From positions 174,106-238,105 of the forward strand of contig CAXRGQ010000006.1 in assembly GCA_964230215.1 (NCBI GenBank): a DNA stretch of 64,000 nt. Direction: 5' to 3'. The translations under genes and the position numbers were made by a program. The notes below the pieces were generated by a model. It had not been told where the DNA came from. It saw only the letters and a list, made by a program, of their open reading frames with translations, and did no database searches. Each line of letters starts with the position of its first letter. Position 1 is the stretch's first letter. Below are positions 20,721 to 29,636 of this stretch, piece after piece. Origin of the DNA: Flavobacteriales bacterium. GTDB taxonomy: Bacteria > Bacteroidota > Bacteroidia > Flavobacteriales_D > JAUILH01.

Positions 20721-21572
20721 ATATAGGTCTTTTGCACTCTTGGTTCTATACAGTTTCATTGTCTCACTAAAGATTTTAGTGCCGGATAATTCGTCTAAGG
20801 AGTTAATGACGCTCAATAAATTATCATCTTCCATGCGCTTAGTTGACTGATACGTCTTTAATATATCAAGTAGCGATAGATTCTTCTCTTGAAGCAATTG
20901 CTCCACATAGGTGAAGTACGTCACTCCACCCCAATACAAGGCGCCATATTTTCTGTTATACATGTGATCTTTCAACACATCAATCATTCGCTCATCCCTG
21001 TTGAATTCGCGCGCGTATTTTTCATATTTGGCCGTAAACTTATTGTTCACTTCACTTTTAGTCCAAGCATCCATAGCCAATAGCACTTGATGCTGCATAT
21101 AGGTGGCAAAACCTTCACTAAACCACATGTTTGATCTGCCCACAAAAGGAAGTGCTAAATGGCTCAACTCGTGCGGTGCTGTCCAATCTTTCATGAATAA
21201 TGAATCATCATAGGGCATTCCTATGTACAAATGCACACCTTGTTCAAACGAGCGGGTAGTATGTGCCCACGGAATTGGTTCTGAGCCACTGTAAGTATGC
21301 ATATAGACATGAACAGGAAAAGGATACCGTCCAAAGGTCGACTCTATGCCCCTCTTTACCTTACTAAGATATGAGACAAGCAATTTTTGCTGATGAATTT
21401 CGAATTTATTTTCCCAGTGGAAGACATATTCGTTTAATGAATCCTTTATGTCTTCCTCTACTTTAGCACTTTTTTCAAGCTGATTAGATTGACTTATGCC
21501 ATCATTTGATGCTTCATTGGCTTGCTTATCGCATCCGATTAATAGCAATAAAAGAGGTAATATATAGCGCAC
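20685..21572 (-). CDS. gluzincin metallopeptidase-like lipoprotein (M1/MA-clan motif)
   Basis: HELSH...WFSEGFATY (HExxH followed by a downstream E in an NEGFA-like motif). Lipobox LLLIGC. Confidence 0.6.
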   Translation of the reverse strand: MRYILPLLLLLIGCDKQANEASNDGISQSNQLEKSAKVEEDIKDSLNEYVFHWENKFEIHQQKLLVSYLSKVKRGIESTFGRYPFPVHVYMHTYSGSEPIPWAHTTRSFEQGVHLYIGMPYDDSLFMKDWTAPHELSHLALPFVGRSNMWFSEGFATYMQHQVLLAMDAWTKSEVNNKFTAKYEKYAREFNRDERMIDVLKDHMYNRKYGALYWGGVTYFTYVEQLLQEKNLSLLDILKTYQSTKRMEDDNLLSVINSLDELSGTKIFSETMKLYRTKSAKDLYLMSTGIDPQAG

Positions 21573-22150
21573 TACTCCTCCTTATATGGTGATTCGTACG
21601 TTTTTTGAAAATCTTCCCAAGATGTAGTCTTATACACGCCGTTCAAATACTTTAGAATAGGATGTAGGTCTTGTGCCGTTTTATAACCAGGCATTGGTTG
21701 AAGCACATTCAGATTTTCATCTAGATAGACGATAGTCGGATAACTCATTTTTCCTTGCATAAACCCAGCTGCCAATTCGTGATAGCCTCTTCTGCCGTTA
21801 GGCACGAATTTGTAGGTCTTATCTCCCCATACAATTTCGCGTTTAGCCTCACCATCAAACTTTACCGCATAGTAATTAGCATTTACCTCCTCACCAATAA
21901 TTTTATCTGAAAACGTGCCTGCGTCCATGCGTTTGCACCATCCACACCAATCGGTATAGACATCAATTATCCAAGGTCTAGGATCTGTTTTTTGTTTTTC
22001 AAGTGCTTCTTCTATTGTAAGCCATTGTATATCGCCCGTTTTCTTATGCTTGTGCGTAGTATCGCTTGTTGAAGTATAAGAAGGTGTTGCGTGATAAGCA
22101 GCTACGCTAAACACACCAATGCTCAAAAAGATTAAAAAGAATTTATTCAT
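21572..22150 (-). CDS. thioredoxin-fold protein (DUF255/thiol:disulfide interchange-like)
   Basis: Motif YTDWCGWCKRMD. I prefer the start at MNKFFLIFL (signal peptide) over the track's 22180. Confidence 0.65.
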   Translation of the reverse strand: MNKFFLIFLSIGVFSVAAYHATPSYTSTSDTTHKHKKTGDIQWLTIEEALEKQKTDPRPWIIDVYTDWCGWCKRMDAGTFSDKIIGEEVNANYYAVKFDGEAKREIVWGDKTYKFVPNGRRGYHELAAGFMQGKMSYPTIVYLDENLNVLQPMPGYKTAQDLHPILKYLNGVYKTTSWEDFQKTYESPYKEE

Positions 22151-22197
22151 AGTAGTAAAGTTACGCAATGAATAGGCCAAAGCTGCCCGTCTTTAGA

Positions 22198-22557
22198 TTA
22201 TTTAACATATTCTTGCCTTTCCACGATTGCAATAGTATCGTCCTCCAGAACTAAATAGCCATAATCGTAACAAAAATAGTAGACTTTGCCAGCTTTTGTG
22301 CGGTATATATTGGTGAAATAGTTGAAATTAAATCCTTCCAATAGCAAGTCGTCGCGCTTAACTTTTGAGGTGCCATCGGGGTTTAGACCTGCAAGAATAC
22401 GTCTGTTTTTTCGTAAAGTGTTGTTTATATTCCTAACAAACTTTGTGGCGTCCGAATTGAGCTTATTGTTATAGGAATTGCGGCATGCGTCTGAGCAGAA
22501 TTTTTTATCCACCCTGCCAAAAAGCTTATCACCACATTCTAAACACTCTTCTGCCAT
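22198..22557 (-). CDS. zinc-ribbon protein, conserved hypothetical
   Basis: N-terminal CLECG...FCSDAC four-Cys ribbon. Confidence 0.55.
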   Translation of the reverse strand: MAEECLECGDKLFGRVDKKFCSDACRNSYNNKLNSDATKFVRNINNTLRKNRRILAGLNPDGTSKVKRDDLLLEGFNFNYFTNIYRTKAGKVYYFCYDYGYLVLEDDTIAIVERQEYVK

Positions 22558-22674
22558 AATTAACTGTTACATAATTCCCTTGTTACCAATATACAAAAAC
22601 TAAATATTTCCATTATTTATAGTTTGCGAAATATTTTGAATTTAAATTTGATACACATCTAAGAAAACAGAAAT

Positions 22675-23733
22675 ATGAAACTTATTACCCTATCAACACT
22701 ATTACTATTCGTTGTAGCTACACAGGCCCAATATACACCTGAAGATCGTTTTACGGTTAAGCACACACTTGAAGACTTTGGTTTAAAAGGAAATGTGAAG
22801 TCATTTAAGGTGACTCATTATGCTATGAACTATGAAGGGAAGGAGGTTTTATCTGGTTTTCCGCCGAAAGCACACTACCACTTTAACGAGGATGGAAAAC
22901 TGACAAATATGACAGAAATCAATTCGGAAAACGGGGTTAATGCTACTATGACGCTGAAGTATAATGAAGCAGGTCAGTTATTGCATGTAGAATACGACAA
23001 GTCATACAGTGATTATGTAATCAACTTTAATTATGGGAATGATGGCGTACTAAACAGTATATCAAAGACTCAATATCGCACTTACTATGAAAAACAGTTC
23101 ATTTATAATGAGCTTGGAGATATTGAGCGTGTTAAATTCAAAGAAATGCCAATAAGTAAGCAAAATGGCAATGTTGTGGTTAATATCAACAGTACCATAG
23201 AAGAGAAATGGACGGAAACTTGGGTTTATAAGTACGATAAAGAAGGAAAAGTCATATCAATTGAGAAAAAATACCCTGAGCGAGACAATGATGACGACTT
23301 TAACGGTTATGGGGATAATCATGTGAGCTATTTCGAATATCACAAAAATGGGAACATAGCAAAAATGGAGAATAAGGTAGAGGATGAGCAGGAATGGTAC
23401 CCGAGGGTTAAGCAGACCTATAATAAAGATGGTAAGCAAGTTCATTATTACGAAGGAGACTCAATTACCTCACCTCAAATATTCAGCCATGACAAGTATT
23501 ATTATGACAAGGACGGTGAAATGATTGCATCATACAATCATTACACGGGAGATGGTGAGTTTGAGTACTTCAACAAATTCGAGCACACTAGGGACGAGCA
23601 AGGAAACTGGACTGAATGGAAGACCTTGACCAAGTCAACTGCGATTCACCGTAAGCTTGATGATAAGAAAGAGAAAATAGACTACAAGCTTAACAGTCGG
23701 GATGTGCGCGAAATTGAGTATTATGAGGAGTAG
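22675..23733 (+). CDS. secreted repeat protein (MORN/YwqK-like repeats)
   Basis: Signal peptide. Repeated 'Y(N/D)K(D/E)GK...' units throughout. Confidence 0.55.
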   Translation: MKLITLSTLLLFVVATQAQYTPEDRFTVKHTLEDFGLKGNVKSFKVTHYAMNYEGKEVLSGFPPKAHYHFNEDGKLTNMTEINSENGVNATMTLKYNEAGQLLHVEYDKSYSDYVINFNYGNDGVLNSISKTQYRTYYEKQFIYNELGDIERVKFKEMPISKQNGNVVVNINSTIEEKWTETWVYKYDKEGKVISIEKKYPERDNDDDFNGYGDNHVSYFEYHKNGNIAKMENKVEDEQEWYPRVKQTYNKDGKQVHYYEGDSITSPQIFSHDKYYYDKDGEMIASYNHYTGDGEFEYFNKFEHTRDEQGNWTEWKTLTKSTAIHRKLDDKKEKIDYKLNSRDVREIEYYEE

Positions 23734-23745
23734 GTGTAAGTGAAA

Positions 23746-24369
23746 CTATTCAGCACCCAGGTACATAGCATCTCCGCCATATAGTATGCCATACACACTT
23801 CCTGTCGGTTTCTGAAATTGAGACTTGTATATAGAACCTTCGTATGAGCTAGAAACAATAGCGTCATCCTTAAAACTATATTTTATACGTAGACGAATAT
23901 TCGTTTTAAAATCTCCTTTATCCCGCCAAACAGGGAAGAGTACAGTTTTTCCAGACTCCAATATTAATGGATCAAAATAACTATTACCACATCCGCTTGG
24001 CACCCAATACTCTATTGCCTTCCACTTCCCATTTTCATCCTGAGCTTCTTTTATCATCATTAAGCTTCCATCTTGTCTGATTGCTTTGAAAGTAGAATCT
24101 GTTGTATTAATCAGATATCCTGAAAAAAAACGTGGATCACCTTTATCTAGCAACTTGCGGTTTGATGGTTTGATGTCATTTTGCAGTTCTTCTTGATTAA
24201 AGTGGAAGTAGACCTTATTATGAACATAGTTTATAATAGATGTGTCTATAATATCTGGCTCATTGCAGGGATAATATGCGCTCTCTGCCCCTATTGAAGC
24301 CGTATCATTTTGACAAAACGCTGGACCAATACATATAATGTAGGATGTTATTATTAAATAAATCTTCAT
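23746..24369 (-). CDS. secreted hypothetical protein
   Basis: I prefer the start at MKIYLIITSYIICIGPAFCQ (signal peptide). The track's start is 48 nt further upstream. Confidence 0.5.
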   Translation of the reverse strand: MKIYLIITSYIICIGPAFCQNDTASIGAESAYYPCNEPDIIDTSIINYVHNKVYFHFNQEELQNDIKPSNRKLLDKGDPRFFSGYLINTTDSTFKAIRQDGSLMMIKEAQDENGKWKAIEYWVPSGCGNSYFDPLILESGKTVLFPVWRDKGDFKTNIRLRIKYSFKDDAIVSSSYEGSIYKSQFQKPTGSVYGILYGGDAMYLGAE

Positions 24370-24469
24370 AGTTAGTTCGTTAATTTGGTTATTAGCTTTA
24401 ATGAATAACCGTAACAATTGTTACATTAAATATACCGTGTTCGATACTGCGCTGTATTATTTTGCCAGC

Positions 24470-24775
24470 TTAATCAGCTTCTGGAATCTGCTTAATCAAG
24501 TCCACATTCTGATTGTGTTTTGAACTATACGACATCACCAAGGTACCTTTTACCCCATCATTGGCCTCAATTCCAAACACAATGGAATCATCTTGGGGAT
24601 TGGTCATTCCTTCAAATCTAAAAGTATGCACAATGCTTAATTCGCTAGGCAAGTATTTGTTATCTGCATTCCGTGCAACTATTCTTTTATCCTCTGCTCT
24701 GAATCCATCCGTGAAACCTTCTTTAGTAAGGGCGTTTATTGCTAATGAAAGGGATTCGTAACTCTTCGCTATCAT
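24470..24775 (-). CDS. conserved hypothetical protein, 101 aa
   Basis: Clean ORF. The overlapping plus-strand ORF 24513..24761 is antisense. Confidence 0.5.
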   Translation of the reverse strand: MIAKSYESLSLAINALTKEGFTDGFRAEDKRIVARNADNKYLPSELSIVHTFRFEGMTNPQDDSIVFGIEANDGVKGTLVMSYSSKHNQNVDLIKQIPEAD

Positions 24776-24911
24776 TCAATTGTGTTTTATGTGTTCTTAG
24801 TTCAATCTATGCTGGTGTTGTTATTCCCATGCACATTTATAGTATACAAAATAAAACTGTGAATATCAAGCCGAATGATGAGCTCAAGATTAGGTGATAT
24901 TCCTTTGTTAA

Positions 24912-25976
24912 CTAGATTAAGAACCTTTCAAATGTCTCTCCATTGAATTTATACACGCCATTTTTGTGTGTCCCCAACCAAAGCACTCCATTGTTATCTT
25001 TATAGATATAGAAGAGTTCGATATTTTCATTGTTTACCTTAACCGGGTAATGCGTGATTTCTGATCCATCGTATTTCCAAACCCCATCTAAATAGGTCAC
25101 AAACCACAAGTTACCATCATCATCTATTGTCGTTGAGAGGAATTCATCTAAACCGCTTTCTGGATTTCCGTCTAAAGCTCCTATACTCTGACGTCTTGTA
25201 TAAAATTCATCGCTTTTTATTGTGGTGCTATCATAAATGCTATAGCGGTTTTCTGTGTTGAACCAAAAGTCACCATTTTTATCTTCCACTATGCCACGCA
25301 CGCCATTTGCACCTTCATCTCGAAACTCCGTTACATCCTCTTCTGTAATCCAATCCCATGACTCACCATTGTACCGACAAACACCAACTGGATTAGAACC
25401 AAACCACATATTTCCCATTCTGTCTTTATAAATGCTATAGATCTCAAACGAATTGGAAAGATTCGGTGGTTTTGGAATCTGTAATTCGTGCAAGGTGGTT
25501 CCGTCATAACGATAGACTTTCTCGTTTCCGTAGGCATGTTTAAACCAGACGTCTGTTGGATTTAGTTGCCAATCATTACTTGCTACTACAGGCAATGTTG
25601 TTATACTTTCACCGTCAAACTTGGCTATTACAGACTTTGGATGACAGCTGGTAAAGTAAATATTGCCATCAGCATCTTCTTTTATCTCATCTATCCTATT
25701 GTTAGGCAGACCGTGCTCGGTTGTAAAATTAGTCAAGGTTTCGCCGTCATACATATATATGCCCGTATTCCAGCTACCGAACCAATAGTGGTTCTTTTTA
25801 TCTTGATAAATGATCATTATACTGCTCCCGAATTTGGTTACCTTCTCTCCTACTTCAGCTACCTTCTCTCTTGTTTCACTTTTATCTGATTTTACGGATT
25901 GTTCGGTAGCCTGTCCCTTGCAAGCCGTCATTAGAACTAGTGCTGACAGAAGTGTTGCTATGATGGGTTTTAGCAT
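24912..25976 (-). CDS. beta-propeller lipoprotein (two-component-regulator propeller repeats)
   Basis: Lipobox LMTAC. Repeated 'G(N/D)(L/M)WFG(S/T)...GV..Y(D/N)G' blades. Confidence 0.7.
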   Translation of the reverse strand: MLKPIIATLLSALVLMTACKGQATEQSVKSDKSETREKVAEVGEKVTKFGSSIMIIYQDKKNHYWFGSWNTGIYMYDGETLTNFTTEHGLPNNRIDEIKEDADGNIYFTSCHPKSVIAKFDGESITTLPVVASNDWQLNPTDVWFKHAYGNEKVYRYDGTTLHELQIPKPPNLSNSFEIYSIYKDRMGNMWFGSNPVGVCRYNGESWDWITEEDVTEFRDEGANGVRGIVEDKNGDFWFNTENRYSIYDSTTIKSDEFYTRRQSIGALDGNPESGLDEFLSTTIDDDGNLWFVTYLDGVWKYDGSEITHYPVKVNNENIELFYIYKDNNGVLWLGTHKNGVYKFNGETFERFLI

Positions 25977-26028
25977 GGGCTTGATTTCAGTTTACAATGT
26001 ATTGAACAATAACAGAAAAACTTAAAGC

Positions 26029-26508
26029 TTATTGTACTTCATTCTTTTCGCCTGAGGACCATGAATGAATAACCGGCGGCTTCTCAAACAAGTGCCCATA
26101 GTGTTCGGCTAAAATCCTGTAAAGCTCTGGATATTTTGCCTCTCCCATCTGCGACAGGTAGATAATATCGGTTTTGTTTTTCCCCTTAATTTCTAGCAAT
26201 GCGTTTTTAGGCATCATACCCGAATTTTGAGCCAAAGTATTCCCCTTAATGGATTGGCCTATGCTTGCAATATCTTCTTTTTTGATTGTTTTCCCCGTTT
26301 TTTGAAGTACTCTTCGGGCATTTACCTCATAAGGTGTTATGGTGATTGTTCTAATAGAGAGAAACAGAATCACGCTTATTGCGAAAAAGATGAAAGCTAG
26401 CCACCACGGAAGGATGGATTGGTCTACTACAATTAAAGCAATTCCAATACCCAAGCATATAACTATGGGGGTGATGTTGTTAGACGATTTAGAGATTACT
26501 TTTTCCAC
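26029..26508 (-). CDS. membrane protein, hypothetical
   Basis: Two N-terminal TM helices followed by a soluble domain. Confidence 0.5.
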   Translation of the reverse strand: MEKVISKSSNNITPIVICLGIGIALIVVDQSILPWWLAFIFFAISVILFLSIRTITITPYEVNARRVLQKTGKTIKKEDIASIGQSIKGNTLAQNSGMMPKNALLEIKGKNKTDIIYLSQMGEAKYPELYRILAEHYGHLFEKPPVIHSWSSGEKNEVQ

Positions 26509-26553
26509 CCATTAATTGTTCTGACGTTTCTTCCTGCTACTAAAGATATACCT

Positions 26554-27360
26554 TTATTCTACTTTATTATTAAGGACCTCCATAGTTTGAATAATTTCAA
26601 TAACGGAATCCTCATTTAAATCCTCTTCTTTGTATTTTGATAATTCAGAGGGTGTTAGCAATCTATAATACTCCCGATATAAGTTTAGGTAACAGTAAAC
26701 ATCTTTATTTGATTCATTATGATTATAACTGCTACTAAACAAATCTTTAAGATAATCCAATAGTTCCTTATACTTGCCAGCATTGTATAATAACTCTGCT
26801 TTTCTTGAGCATAATGAGGATTCTGATTCACAACTACATGCGTTTACTCCTTGTTCAATAGATCTAAGAATTAATTTATCACAATAAAAGATGGCGCTAT
26901 CATACTCTTTGTTAGACTCATGCATAGCGAGTAATCTATAATAGACTTGCTTAGTTAGCATGTCTCTCTCGTCTTTTTCAATCACTATTTTATAATCATG
27001 TACGGCCTTGTCATGCTCGTTTATAGCGAAATAATAGTTTGCTCGTGTATAATAATAGTGGGCTATCGTAACTTCCTTAAAGCCTTCTAGCTCTATCTCA
27101 TTGTCAATTAAGAGGCCTATGTCATTGAGAAAATCATTGTGAAGGGTTTTCCTTTCTGATTTACTTAATTGTTCTGATCCACCCAACATTCTGCCAAGTA
27201 ATTTTGCTCTTCTCCAATGCAGGACATAATTAGTAGAATCTGACTTATTTATTTTCTGATTTAATGCATCCAGGTTTTGCTTATTGAACATGTTAGGGTC
27301 TGGTTGAGCCAAAACAAAAGACACAGATAATAGTACCAGCAGTAGTGAAATCAACTTCAT
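26554..27360 (-). CDS. secreted TPR-like repeat protein
   Basis: Signal peptide and helical repeats rich in Y/A/K. Confidence 0.55.
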   Translation of the reverse strand: MKLISLLLVLLSVSFVLAQPDPNMFNKQNLDALNQKINKSDSTNYVLHWRRAKLLGRMLGGSEQLSKSERKTLHNDFLNDIGLLIDNEIELEGFKEVTIAHYYYTRANYYFAINEHDKAVHDYKIVIEKDERDMLTKQVYYRLLAMHESNKEYDSAIFYCDKLILRSIEQGVNACSCESESSLCSRKAELLYNAGKYKELLDYLKDLFSSSYNHNESNKDVYCYLNLYREYYRLLTPSELSKYKEEDLNEDSVIEIIQTMEVLNNKVE

Positions 27361-27393
27361 ATATTGTGATACAGATTAGGAGGGAAATCGTTC

Positions 27394-27511
27394 AAGGTAA
27401 TGGGCTAAAATGTGGTTGCCCCAAGGCTTTATTTTGTATAAAAAAAATTAAATTTCTGCTACATACTGGCATAGAGACCTGAGGGTGTATGCAATTATGG
27501 TGTTGTTGGCA
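27394..27511 (-). repeat. attC-like site A (decayed terminal copy of the ~127-bp family)
   Basis: Aligns to sites B, C and D (GGGC..TAAAATG..TGCCCCAAGG, GAGACCTGAGGGTGTATGCAATTATGGTGTTGTTGGC). The right box GTTGGCA is at 27505-27511. The left AAC box is lost. It starts 10 nt after the stop of ORF 27522..27827. Confidence 0.5.
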
Positions 27512-27521
27512 ATAATTACCT

Positions 27522-27827
27522 TTATCTACGTCTTGTTTTATTTTGTCTGTTTTTCTCTCGAATTTTCTCTTTCCTCTCAGCATCAGCAGCTTCTTTTTTA
27601 TATTCCTTATGCATCCAGCTTATGATAAATATGCAAATGATAAAAGGACATAATGTTATAAAGAAACCCCAAAATCGGTTCCGAGTGTGCTGAGCACTTC
27701 CCCATTCATCGTATTGTTTCAAGTCTTTTCCCCATGGTGTAGAATAAAAACCTGAATAAATACAATATAGGTAGTTTATAATAAAGTTACCTGCCAATAA
27801 AAACAACCATATTGTCGAGGATTTCAT
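27522..27827 (-). CDS. cassette ORF: small membrane protein, 101 aa, with a basic tail
   Basis: Three hydrophobic helices. The ATG lies 6 nt from the box of site B and the stop lies 10 nt from site A. Confidence 0.6.
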   Translation of the reverse strand: MKSSTIWLFLLAGNFIINYLYCIYSGFYSTPWGKDLKQYDEWGSAQHTRNRFWGFFITLCPFIICIFIISWMHKEYKKEAADAERKEKIREKNRQNKTRRR

Positions 27828-27833
27828 AATTGT

Positions 27834-27960
27834 TGCTAACGGGGCAGGGTAAAACGCGTGTGCCCCAACGTTTAGTTTATCTAATATACGTATTATTGTT
27901 TTGGGTACTCATTATTCGTTTGGAGACGTGTGGGCATATGCGATTTACCCGTTGTTGTGG
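27834..27960 (-). repeat. attC-like site B (127 bp)
   Basis: Plus strand reads TGCTAAC-GGGGCAGGGTAAAACGCGTGTGCCCC...GGGCATATGCGATTTACCC-GTT-GTTGTGG. The arms form a ~19-25 bp imperfect stem with a 3/6-nt unpaired spacer next to the AAC/GTT boxes. Confidence 0.65.
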
Positions 27961-28229
27961 TGCGTTTTTATTTTTTCTTCGATTAATTTCTTCGCTATTA
28001 TTAGACAATGTTCACGACTTCCAATAACCCCAATCGTTTCGGTTTCAATTTTATAAAGTCTGTCCGCAATTTCTTTCTCTGTTTTATTGTGAATTAGTAA
28101 GGAGAAAATTTCTGGCACGTAACTTTGATACTCATCTCTGGGTGCAAAGTCATTCACTCCAATCGGGTCCCATTCGTTCCATAGGATTTCGTCAACAGAA
28201 TTATATAATTTTTTTTGCTCGCTCGTCAT
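27945..28229 (-). CDS. cassette ORF, 94 aa hypothetical (WDPIGV...DEY motif, immunity-protein-like)
   Basis: Overlaps the upstream ORF by 4 nt. Its stop codon lies inside site B (GGGTAAATCGC). Confidence 0.55.
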   Translation of the reverse strand: MTSEQKKLYNSVDEILWNEWDPIGVNDFAPRDEYQSYVPEIFSLLIHNKTEKEIADRLYKIETETIGVIGSREHCLIIAKKLIEEKIKTHHNNG

Positions 28230-28513
28230 TCTTTGTCTTCTTGCGATACAAATGGATATTCGGAAAAATAGACATCCATACCAATCATTCCCATTGTTTT
28301 CATTGATGCGGCGTTCAATACTCCACCGCCACCGTTTGCGTCTTTCCTTATGTCAAATCCAATGTCAGCTATATATTTACTTGGCTTTAATGTTTTCCCT
28401 TTATCCATCAGCCAAGTTTCAAGAGCATCAATTTGTGTAGGTAAATCCCATGCTTCATCACATAGCCATTCCAATTTTTCTCCTGAGTCTTCGATATAAA
28501 TATTTATTGGCAT
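28226..28513 (-). CDS. cassette ORF, 95 aa hypothetical
   Basis: The ATG lies 20 nt from the CCACAAC box of site C. Translationally coupled to the next ORF. Confidence 0.55.
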   Translation of the reverse strand: MPINIYIEDSGEKLEWLCDEAWDLPTQIDALETWLMDKGKTLKPSKYIADIGFDIRKDANGGGGVLNAASMKTMGMIGMDVYFSEYPFVSQEDKE

Positions 28514-28533
28514 TTCTCGGTTCTTTTAATGCA

Positions 28534-28660
28534 CCACAACGGGGCAGGGTAAAACGCGTGCCCCAAAACGTTTTGTTTATCTAAAAATACAAAATATAAT
28601 TTCAGCTACTAATTATACGTCTGAAGACGCGAGGGGTATGCGATTTACCCGTTGTTAGGC
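28534..28660 (-). repeat. attC-like site C (127 bp) with a canonical GTTAGGC core
   Basis: Reads CCACAAC-GGGGCAGGGTAAAACGCGTG-CCCC...GGGGTATGCGATTTACCC-GTT-GTTAGGC. It shares 23-nt and 20-nt identical arm segments with site B. Confidence 0.7.
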
Positions 28661-28841
28661 TTAGTTACATAAAAATCATTAAATTCATTTCTTTTGAAAA
28701 ATTATCGGATTACTACAAAAAATAAAAGGTAAAACAAGCGTTTGGCAAGCCATAGTAATTGCGTTTTTTATTGGATGCGCAATTTGGGCTTATTGGCAAG
28801 AAAGGGAATTAAAGGAAAATCATGTATATTGTATAGGGACG

Positions 28842-29087
28842 GTGATAAAAAAGTGGAGAATGGTGAGTGGTAGACAAGTGCGGGTTAAATTTTATTATCG
28901 TGGAAAGTGGCGAACCGCCTCCGAAAATCAGGGGAATCATAAATTAGAAATAGGGGATAGAGTTTATGTGAAAATTAACCCGGAAAATGAATACACCCGA
29001 ATAATGCATGAGTATATTGCTTGCGATAGCCTAGAAACGGGACAACAGCCAACAGAAGGTTGGAAAGAAATACCATGCTTAAAATAA
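28842..29087 (+). CDS. hypothetical protein (DUF3592-like: TM helix plus beta domain); start unresolved, possibly frameshifted
   Basis: The frame is open from 28698 and encodes a TM helix (WQAIVIAFFIGCAIWAYW), but it has no ATG, GTG or TTG before 28842. A TTG at 28694 opens a 12-codon frame that would join after a 1-nt shift in an A-run. Confidence 0.4.
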   Translation: MIKKWRMVSGRQVRVKFYYRGKWRTASENQGNHKLEIGDRVYVKINPENEYTRIMHEYIACDSLETGQQPTEGWKEIPCLK

Positions 29088-29089
29088 TA

Positions 29090-29578
29090 CTACCTTACGT
29101 TTATAGCTATAAGCCAGGAAATAAGACCTGACAAAAGAATTGTAGTAATCGCAAATGCTATAGGATACCTTGTTGCTAGGTTATCGTTGAGATTTAGATT
29201 ATTAATTTCTTTATCAATTTGTTCCCTAACTAGAGGTGCTATTTCTTTCTGAAATTTTAGCGCATCAAATTCAAGTTGCTGCTTTTCCTTGTTTTCTTTT
29301 AATTCTTGCTGTAGCTTTTTAACATGCAATAAGTAACCACCAAAATCAACTATGTCAATACCATGTTGAGTTATATAAATTTCGTTTTGATGTCTAGGTG
29401 TACCTTTTATTATTAATCGATCACTTATCATTTCTGTAATTAATGCATTTTTCTCAATGTCATTCATATTAATATCACACGCTTCAAAAACTTTGAGATA
29501 ATGCTTTGCGTCTGCACAGTCACGTAAGTAATTAAGTATTGCGTCTATATTTTTATGTTTTGAGCTATTCTCGGTCAT
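29090..29578 (-). CDS. cassette ORF, 162 aa, coiled-coil protein with a C-terminal TM anchor
   Basis: I moved the start to MTENSSKHK (ATG 29576-29578), 8 nt inside the GCCTAAC box. The track's 29665 start would read across the recombination-site-like sequence. Confidence 0.55.
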   Translation of the reverse strand: MTENSSKHKNIDAILNYLRDCADAKHYLKVFEACDINMNDIEKNALITEMISDRLIIKGTPRHQNEIYITQHGIDIVDFGGYLLHVKKLQQELKENKEKQQLEFDALKFQKEIAPLVREQIDKEINNLNLNDNLATRYPIAFAITTILLSGLISWLIAINVR

Positions 29579-29586
29579 AGAATTAA

Positions 29587-29636
29587 GCCTAACTACGGGA
29601 TAAACCCAATTAACAAATAAATCTACATATAAATCC
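29587..29636 (-). other. attI-like half-site 1 (R box, L box and direct repeats)
   Basis: GCCTAAC (complement of site C's GTTAGGC), then TAC, then GGGATAAACCC. The motif ATAAAYC occurs three times (29600, 29617, 29629). No partner arm is present. Confidence 0.5.

Noticed and set aside
24756-24831. Possible additional attC-like site (TCGTAAC ... CTATGCTGGTGTTGTTATTCC resembles the right arm of site A).
   Set aside because: The arms pair poorly, and the site would cover the start codon of ORF 24470..24775. No flank complementarity was found.
27841-27872. Local hairpin GGGGCA...TGCCCC inside the 127-bp repeats, read as a simple transcription terminator or REP element.
   Set aside because: There is no T-run after it on either strand. 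The long-range arm pairing and the cassette-flank complementarity explain the conservation better. This remains the main alternative hypothesis.
27392-28027. Track ORFs 27392..27583 (-) and 27830..28027 (+).
   Set aside because: They consist almost entirely of the attC-like repeats A and B. Their 'conservation' is the repeat itself.
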